In this document: positions 1 to 4,993 of the stretch, in pieces
Position numbering within the stretch: position 1 is the first letter of the stretch
Layout: the number at the start of each line of letters is the position of its first letter
NCBI GenBank assembly: GCA_934476085.1
Contig: CAKSNE010000002.1
Location: 28,188-60,187, forward strand
Direction of reading: 5' to 3'
Origin: an uncultured Eubacteriales bacterium
Lineage (GTDB): Bacteria > Bacillota > Clostridia > Oscillospirales > Acutalibacteraceae
DNA length: 32,000 nucleotides
Position numbers and translations under genes: made by a program
Notes under the pieces: generated by a model
Database searches by the model: none
The model's input: only the letters and a program-made list of their open reading frames with translations
What the model was told of the DNA's origin: nothing

Positions 1-669
1 TGACTGAACAGTTTTTATTCCGGATTTATCAAGATAATTTTTAATAACCGATCCAACCGATACCATATTTTTTTCTACATCGTTATCTCGCTCTCCCCAG
101 CTTTTCGGATAATTTTCAACCAACGACGGAAAAAAGCTCTCTGTGGCATGAGTATGAACTATCAAAACCTGTGGTTTTGATGAATTTAGCTTAATTTTTA
201 AATTTGGTTTTTTAGACATTTCTGTTTTAATATTTATAGTTTTTTCGGTTTTATTTTTAACATAAACATCGCCGTAAGATGCGGTTGCACCCGCTTTATT
301 TATAGTTTGAGATTTTACTCTTCCGCCATATTCTTCGGCATTAGTCAAAACAGTTTTTTCATCTGTTTTCTTTGTTGTTGCATTATTTTTTGTTGTCGAT
401 ATGCTTTGTTTTTCAGTTGAACTCAAAGTGGTTTTTTCTCTTTCCTTGCTTTTTGTCTTATTATCGTTAAAAGCGGAAATATTACTATTCTGACTGTTAT
501 TTAAAAATGATGGAAGAACAAATTTAACAGCTGAACCGGAAAAAATATCAGCGAAAACTTTTACAGGTTTATAAAAGAGGCTGCTATTTGAAAAAACAGC
601 TACCAAAATCAAAAGTGAAATTACAAAAACAAGGTATTTTTTTATTCTTTTTACCGTTTTTCGCTTCAT
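1..669 (-). CDS. spoIIP: Stage II sporulation protein P (SpoIIP-like), N-terminal 223 codons; CDS continues past the left edge
   Basis: Absent from the ORF track because it is truncated. Manual minus-strand translation from ATG 669..667 is open to base 1. It reads MKRKTVKRIKKYLVFVISLLILVAVF (membrane anchor), an S/T/N/K-rich linker, then KPQVLIVHTHATESFFPS...NMVSVGSVIKNYLDKSGIKTVQS. This matches the HTH-x-TES core I recall for SpoIIP (memory only). Confidence 0.6.
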   Translation of the reverse strand, partial: MKRKTVKRIKKYLVFVISLLILVAVFSNSSLFYKPVKVFADIFSGSAVKFVLPSFLNNSQNSNISAFNDNKTKSKEREKTTLSSTEKQSISTTKNNATTKKTDEKTVLTNAEEYGGRVKSQTINKAGATASYGDVYVKNKTEKTINIKTEMSKKPNLKIKLNSSKPQVLIVHTHATESFFPSLVENYPKSWGERDNDVEKNMVSVGSVIKNYLDKSGIKTVQS

Positions 670-743
670 ACCCACTCGACCTTTTTAAATTTTTACAACA
701 TAATATATGAAAAATTTACTTATCTTATGAATAGGAGTTTTTT

Positions 744-1595
744 ATGAACGAGCTTACAAAATTAATCAAACCACGTGATAACAACGCTAACAAAGGGACC
801 TTCGGCAGAGCTTTGCTTATCTGCGGATCGTATACAATGGCGGGAGCGGCAATTATTGCAGCAGACGCTTGTATTAAAAGCGGAATCGGAATTTGTGATG
901 TTGCTTGCGAAGACAGGGTCTATCCAATCGTTTCCACAGCAGTTCCCGAAGCGGTTTTCACTCCGCTTTCTTTTGAATTTAATAGCCGTGACAAACAAAA
1001 TTTAAAAGCTTCAATAAAGCGTGCAAAATGTGTAGTTATCGGCTGCGGAATGGGCAACACCGAATATACAGATAAAATTTTGCAGACAGTTTTAGAGTTT
1101 TGCGAAGTGCCATTAATTATAGATGCCGACGGACTTAATGTTTTATCAAAAAACATTGAGCTTTTAAATCAAAAAAAGTGCGAGATAATAATAACCCCAC
1201 ACCCCGGCGAAATGGGAAGACTAATCAAGAAAACACCTGCAGAAATTAATGAACACAGAATTGAAACTGCGACAGAATTTTCAAAAAAACATCAGGTTGT
1301 AACCTTATTAAAAGGTCACAACACAGTAATATCGGACACATTCGGCGAATATTTTATTAATAAAAGCGGTAATTCAGGAATGGCGACCGGCGGTTCGGGT
1401 GATTGTTTAAGCGGAATAATCGCCGCTTTGATTTGTGACGGACTCTCCCCTTATGATGCAGCGTGTGTTGGTGCTTATATTCATGGGCTGGCCGGAGATA
1501 AGTCTGCGAAAAAATATTCAAAACACTCAACCAGTGCCAGAACAATGCTTAATGAATTGCCAAATGTTTTTCTTGAAATTGAAAACGAACAATAG
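744..1595 (+). CDS. nnrD: ADP-dependent NAD(P)H-hydrate dehydratase (YjeF C-terminal domain only)
   Basis: 283 aa. KGTFGRALLICGS near the N-terminus and MATGGSGDCLSGIIAAL near the C-terminus are typical of the YjeF_C/YxkO family. AGGAG lies 6 nt upstream of the ATG. Confidence 0.85.
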   Translation: MNELTKLIKPRDNNANKGTFGRALLICGSYTMAGAAIIAADACIKSGIGICDVACEDRVYPIVSTAVPEAVFTPLSFEFNSRDKQNLKASIKRAKCVVIGCGMGNTEYTDKILQTVLEFCEVPLIIDADGLNVLSKNIELLNQKKCEIIITPHPGEMGRLIKKTPAEINEHRIETATEFSKKHQVVTLLKGHNTVISDTFGEYFINKSGNSGMATGGSGDCLSGIIAALICDGLSPYDAACVGAYIHGLAGDKSAKKYSKHSTSARTMLNELPNVFLEIENEQ

Positions 1596-1606
1596 GGGGC
1601 ATTTTT

Positions 1607-2098
1607 ATTAAAAAACTTTTTTGTGTTTTAATTTTCATATTAATAACATTTACAGGATGTGAAACATCACAGGAAATTAAACCGAAAAATGTTTTTGCCG
1701 GCGGATTTACGCTGAATTATAACGGAATGAAAATTGACGGCGATATCGGTATTGAAGACAGCGGAATTATCAACATTAAAGTTAAAAAACCGAAAACGCT
1801 GAGTGGAATGACCGTTAATATGACAAACGAAAAAGTGCGAGTTGGCTATCTAGGAATAAACAGTGAATTTTCTAAAGATGAATTGCCCAACGGCGCATTT
1901 TTTTCGCTTATAAGCAATGCAATGGATAAGATTAACAGCAATGATAAAGCTCATTTTGAAAAAGACAATGAAGACTTTATTGCAAAATTTGATTCCGAAT
2001 TTGGTAAAATAAATGTAAAAATTGATAAAAATTATTCGATTAAATCAATCACAATTGATAATGTCGGCTTTAATCTAATCCTATTCCAAAATTTTTAG
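1607..2098 (+). CDS. Small lipoprotein of unknown function, probable non-canonical ATT start
   Basis: The track gives 1727..2098 from the first ATG, but the frame is open from 1583. Codons from 1607 read (I/M)KKLFCVLIFILITFTGC-ETSQ, a textbook lipoprotein signal peptide plus lipobox Cys. There is no ATG/GTG/TTG in 1583..1726. AGGGGG (1594..1599) lies 7 nt before ATT 1607. The last codons and the TAG stop lie inside repeat M1. Confidence 0.5.
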   Translation: MKKLFCVLIFILITFTGCETSQEIKPKNVFAGGFTLNYNGMKIDGDIGIEDSGIINIKVKKPKTLSGMTVNMTNEKVRVGYLGINSEFSKDELPNGAFFSLISNAMDKINSNDKAHFEKDNEDFIAKFDSEFGKINVKIDKNYSIKSITIDNVGFNLILFQNF

Positions 2099-2170
2099 TT
2101 CCGCTCCCATTAGGTTGTTAGGTTAAAGTATGCTAACTCTCCCTAACAGCCGGGTTTGGTTGCCGACGAT
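2092..2170 (+). repeat. M1 element, copy A1
   Basis: TTTTTAGTTCCGCTCCCATTAGGTTGTTAGGTTAAAGTATGCTAACTCTCCCTAACAG (2092..2149) is 58/58 identical to 31834..31891. The rest differs at 2 positions. Predicted stem GGTTGTTAGG (2113..2122) pairs with CCTAACAGCC (2142..2151). Confidence 0.9.
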
Positions 2171-2178
2171 ATTTTTAA

Positions 2179-2246
2179 CTCCGCTCCCATGAAGTTTTAT
2201 TGGGTTTTGTATGCAAACTCACCCTAACGACTGGGTTTGGTTACCA
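2179..2246 (+). repeat. M1 element, diverged copy A2 (a further tail-only fragment lies at 2296..2322)
   Basis: CTCCGCTCCCATGAAG...CACCCTAACGACTGGGTTTGGTTACC shares the head, the CCCTAAC arm and the GGGTTTGGTT tail with A1. Confidence 0.75.
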
Positions 2247-2267
2247 CAAAATCGCATATTCATCATT

Positions 2268-2293
2268 GTAGGGCGTGACGACCCGGCACGCCG
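2268..2293 (+). repeat. REP hairpin, variant a (GTAG head, GGCGTG/CACGCC stem)
   Basis: GTAGGGCGTGACGACCCGGCACGCCG is identical to 31593..31618. Confidence 0.9.
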
Positions 2294-2343
2294 ATCCCCC
2301 TAACCGCTGGGTTTGGTTACCACAAAATCGCATATTCATCGTT

Positions 2344-2370
2344 GTAGGGTGGGGGCTTGGCTAAACGCCG
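2344..2370 (+). repeat. REP hairpin, degenerate variant b
   Basis: GTAGGGTGGGGGCTTGGCTAAACGCCG is a decayed form of GTAGGGCGGGGGCTTGCTCCCGCCG. It has the same 5' linker (ATATTCATCGTT) as the copy at 31675. Confidence 0.7.
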
Positions 2371-2382
2371 TTCATCTTTCGA

Positions 2383-2503
2383 GTGAAAAATAAATTATAT
2401 ATTAACACGCTTTAAGCGTGGGATAAACCTACCACTCTCGTTTTCAGCATTATGACGCTTTTCAATAAAGCCACTAGTTTTAATTCGCTGTGCGGTCATA
2501 ATG
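2383..2503 (+). repeat. M3 element (121 nt), copy A
   Basis: It aligns end to end with 31712..31832. Conserved parts are GTGAAAAATAAATTATATATTAACACGCTTTAAGCGTG and CAGCATTATGACGC...GCGGTCATAATG (9-bp inverted repeat CATTATGAC/GTCATAATG). The 24-nt core 2421..2444 is unrelated between the two copies. Confidence 0.85.
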
Positions 2504-2518
2504 CGTCGGGCGGACAAC

Positions 2519-2680
2519 AAAGCGTTCGGGATTTTCAAGGAACTCCTTGAATTTCTTTTCGTCCTTTTGTGAAATGACAAAAGGACTGCCTGCGCGGCAT
2601 GAGCGCATGAAAGATAAAAGTTACAACAAAACTTTAATTTGAAATTCTTTATCGTCAAACTATTTGTTGCCACCTAACAA
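2519..2680 (-). repeat. M4 element, copy A
   Basis: Its reverse complement aligns with 8271..8418, with about ten substitutions over ~140 nt by manual alignment plus a 13-nt insertion. It has perfect hairpins GTCCTTTTGT-GAAATG-ACAAAAGGAC and TTCAAGGA-AC-TCCTTGAA. Confidence 0.85.
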
Positions 2681-2700
2681 TCCATTTGGTTGTGCAACAT

Positions 2701-2726
2701 CGGCGTGCCGAGTCGTCACGCCCTAC
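2701..2726 (-). repeat. REP hairpin, variant a
   Basis: The reverse complement is GTAGGGCGTGACGACTCGGCACGCCG, one loop substitution away from 2268..2293. Confidence 0.85.
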
Positions 2727-2833
2727 GGAGCGAGTTGAAATGAATCCCACCGAGTTTTGCTCATTAGAATGAATCCCACCGTCTTGCTTTTCAAGCAATC
2801 CACCTCCCTTTGACAAGGGAGGCTCAATAGGTG

Positions 2834-2858
2834 CGGCGGCACCAAGGCACCGCCCTAC
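2834..2858 (-). repeat. REP hairpin, variant c
   Basis: The reverse complement is GTAGGGCGGTGCCTTGGTGCCGCCG. It has the same length (25), head, tail and CTTG loop as variant b, with altered upper-stem pairs. It is preceded by the linker CTATGCGACCATAATATC, as is the copy at 8223. Confidence 0.85.
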
Positions 2859-2908
2859 GATATTATGGTCGCATAGAACTGTGTGGCAAACCACGGGCCT
2901 AAAATCTT

Positions 2909-3193
2909 TTAATGAAAAATAAAAAACAAAACTGTAGCAAGAGTTACAAGATAACCGCCTAGAATAAAAAACAATCGACGGCGTTTTTTTATTCGTTCAT
3001 CAAAATCTTCGTAATTAAACCCGCCTATTTTTTCAGGCTTTTGAATGCTCTCAATATACTCTTTTGCCTTTGCTTCAAGCTCGGCGGTAGACTTGTTTGC
3101 ATACTCGGGACGGATATAAAAAATCGCTTTTTCAAAAAACTTTTCCCCGGTATCATTTACTTCAATAATAACTTTATTAACGCCTTTTAGCAT
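2909..3193 (-). CDS. Hypothetical tail-anchored membrane protein, last gene of the spoVA-type operon
   Basis: 94 aa. The N-terminal half is soluble and charged (VIIEVNDTGEKFFEKAIFYIRPEY...). The C-terminus reads KKRRRLFFILGGYLVTLATVLFFIF, a single TM helix. The start lies 9 nt downstream of the spoVAD stop. I do not recognise it as SpoVAE. Confidence 0.5.
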   Translation of the reverse strand: MLKGVNKVIIEVNDTGEKFFEKAIFYIRPEYANKSTAELEAKAKEYIESIQKPEKIGGFNYEDFDERIKKRRRLFFILGGYLVTLATVLFFIFH

Positions 3194-3202
3194 AAAAATC
3201 TC

Positions 3203-4213
3203 CTACTTTGAAACAATTTCAATCAAATGGGCGATGCCCGGAATAGACAAGCCCTGGTTTGTCGATGTCGGAGAAAGCAACGCTCCTGTCGGAATAAATA
3301 AAATTCGTTGCAACTCGCCCGATTGCAGCTTGCTCATTATACTAGTTGCAAAAACGCTTGCCGAACATCCGCAACCCGATCCGCCTGCGGCAATGTCTTT
3401 GTCATTTGTATCAAAAATCATCAAACCGCAGTCATTATGAACTGATGATATATCAATATTTTCTTTTTCAAGAAGTTCTATCAACAATTTTGAGCCGATT
3501 TTTCCAAGATCGCCTGTCAAAATCAAGTCGAAATCATCAGGCTTTGTATTGGTATCATCAAGATACGCTTTAATAGTGTCCGCCGCCGCAGGTGCCATTG
3601 CCGCACCCATATTATTCGCATCGGTCACATCATAATCCTTGATTTTGCCGAATGTAACGGCGTTTATGCGTGGTTTTCCGCTGCCTTCTTTCAGCACAAA
3701 CGCACCCGAGCCTGTAACGGTTCTTTGTGAGTTCGGAGTTCTTTTTGAGCCATATTCAAGCGGAAATCTAAACTGTCGCTCGGCGGTGCAAAAGTGTGAA
3801 GAAGTCGCTGCGAGTGCTAAATTAACCGCTCCGCTATCAATCAAAACAGACGCTAATGCGTTTGACAAACCACAGGTTGAGCAAGCTCCGAAAAGCCCGA
3901 TATGCGGTGTTGAAAAGTCCTTTATACCGTAGGTTGACGACATACTTTGGTCAAGCAAATCGCCGATAAGGATTAATTCAATCTCGCTCATTTCAACATC
4001 TGCTTTTTTGCAAGCTGTAAGACAAGCATTTTTTATAAGCATACTTTCTGCTGCTTCAAAAGTCGGCTGACCTAGATACTCATCGTCAAAAACCATATCA
4101 AACCCGTCGCCGAGCGGACCTTCGCCTTCTTTTTTGCCGACAACACCTGCCGAGCCGGCTATAATTATGTTTTTATCAAGTTTTATTGTTTGTTTTCCAA
4201 TTCTTTTTGCCAT
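3203..4213 (-). CDS. spoVAD: Stage V sporulation protein AD
   Basis: 336 aa, thiolase-like. The N-terminus GKQTIKLDKNIIIAGSAGVVGKKEGEGPLG and the overall length match SpoVAD as I recall it. It lies directly downstream of spoVAC. Confidence 0.85.
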   Translation of the reverse strand: MAKRIGKQTIKLDKNIIIAGSAGVVGKKEGEGPLGDGFDMVFDDEYLGQPTFEAAESMLIKNACLTACKKADVEMSEIELILIGDLLDQSMSSTYGIKDFSTPHIGLFGACSTCGLSNALASVLIDSGAVNLALAATSSHFCTAERQFRFPLEYGSKRTPNSQRTVTGSGAFVLKEGSGKPRINAVTFGKIKDYDVTDANNMGAAMAPAAADTIKAYLDDTNTKPDDFDLILTGDLGKIGSKLLIELLEKENIDISSVHNDCGLMIFDTNDKDIAAGGSGCGCSASVFATSIMSKLQSGELQRILFIPTGALLSPTSTNQGLSIPGIAHLIEIVSK

Positions 4214-4226
4214 TAAAAAACCGCCT

Positions 4227-4664
4227 TTAAAATAAAGTAAAAATATAATATATTAATCCGTAAATCCAACCTGCAAAAAGTCCGTAAACAATAACAGGAC
4301 CGGAAATTTTAAAAAGGTTTGCACCAACGCCTAAAACCTGACCTTCGGTTTTAAATTCAATAGCAGGAGAAGCACAAGCGTTTGCAAAGCCTGTTATCGG
4401 AACAAGCGTTCCTGCACCTGCATATTTAGAGATTTTAGGATAAATATTAAGACCTGTTAAAATAATAGATAATGCTATCAGCGAAATTGACGAAAGAGTT
4501 TTAGCTGAAGTTAAATTTACACCGATTTTAAAATACAAATCGCCAAGTACCTGACCGATAACACAAATCAGTCCGCCGACTAAAAATGCCCAAACACAAT
4601 CAATAAAAACAGTCGATTTATCGCAAGCCTTTTCAGTCATTTTAGAATATTCTTTATTTGTCAT
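4227..4664 (-). CDS. spoVAC: Stage V sporulation protein AC
   Basis: Polytopic membrane protein containing FLVGGLICVIGQ and PITGFANA motifs. The track start at 4682 is itself the RBS (AAAGGAGC), so I use the ATG at 4664, 8 nt after GGAG. Confidence 0.8.
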   Translation of the reverse strand: MTNKEYSKMTEKACDKSTVFIDCVWAFLVGGLICVIGQVLGDLYFKIGVNLTSAKTLSSISLIALSIILTGLNIYPKISKYAGAGTLVPITGFANACASPAIEFKTEGQVLGVGANLFKISGPVIVYGLFAGWIYGLIYYIFTLF

Positions 4665-4876
4665 AATTTTTGCTCCTTTCATAAAATAAGTTTTGGCAAA
4701 AATAATGTAAAATATTTATCGTTTTTTATAAAAATTTTGAATAAAACTATACCAAATTAGTCTAGTTTGTGAAAAATCTAGTCAAAAACTAATAAAAAAC
4801 CATATATTTTGTGCAAAATTAATATAATAACCACTATATTTTGATTATTTTCTACATTCATAATTTGAAAAATCAA

Positions 4877-4905
4877 TTGATTATTTCTTGCTTTTATGCT
4901 ATTAT
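4877..4905 (+). promoter_or_regulatory. Candidate sigma-A promoter for pflB (TTGATT-17-TATTAT)
   Basis: The hexamers were read directly. The -35 overlaps the 12-bp perfect palindrome AATCAATTGATT (4871..4882). Weak call with several AT-rich alternatives. Confidence 0.3.
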
Positions 4906-4993
4906 AATCTTGCTGAGTAGTATATTGACGACTAGTAACGGGATTAAACCCCCTTTATATATAAAAAATATGGAAATAAAACAGGAGGCTAAA

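Larger units (their letters stand above)
2092..2900. repeat. Mosaic repeat cluster A (order: M1, M1, M1 tail fragment, REP a, REP b-degenerate, M3, M4, REP a, small hairpins, REP c)
   Basis: The segments recur at 8139..8503 and 31334..32000 by direct comparison. GC-rich palindromes sit in an AT-rich background. The tract also contains the direct repeat AATGAATCCCACCG (2739..2752 and 2768..2781) and the perfect hairpin CCTCCCTT-TGAC-AAGGGAGG (2803..2822). Confidence 0.9.

Noticed and set aside
2092-2170. M1 considered as a tRNA, tRNA fragment or known riboswitch
   Set aside because: It has no acceptor, T-arm or anticodon architecture (no GTTCGAATC-like T-loop). It is multicopy in both orientations, and I recognise no riboswitch consensus in it.
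2395-2894. Track ORFs 2395..2673 (92 aa) and 2655..2894 (79 aa) on the minus strand
   Set aside because: They are translations of repeat modules M3, M4 and the REPs (for example IVGRCLGAAAP and SVGRDDSARR are REP hairpins read as protein). They have no RBS, and the same pseudo-peptides arise wherever the repeats occur.
4767-4785. Rex- or FNR-like site TTGTGAA-N5-TAGTCAA upstream of pflB
   Set aside because: Only the left half-site matches the Rex consensus (TTGTGAA-N4-TTCACAA). The right half matches at about 4 of 7 positions with the wrong spacing.
4841-4993. 51-codon N-terminal extension of pflB from TTG 4841
   Set aside because: The extension is a low-complexity translation of AT-rich leader. 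A strong GGAGG RBS precedes ATG 4994, and from there the protein starts like other PflB enzymes. For the same reason I moved the starts at 9341->9374, 25482->25491 and 4682->4664.
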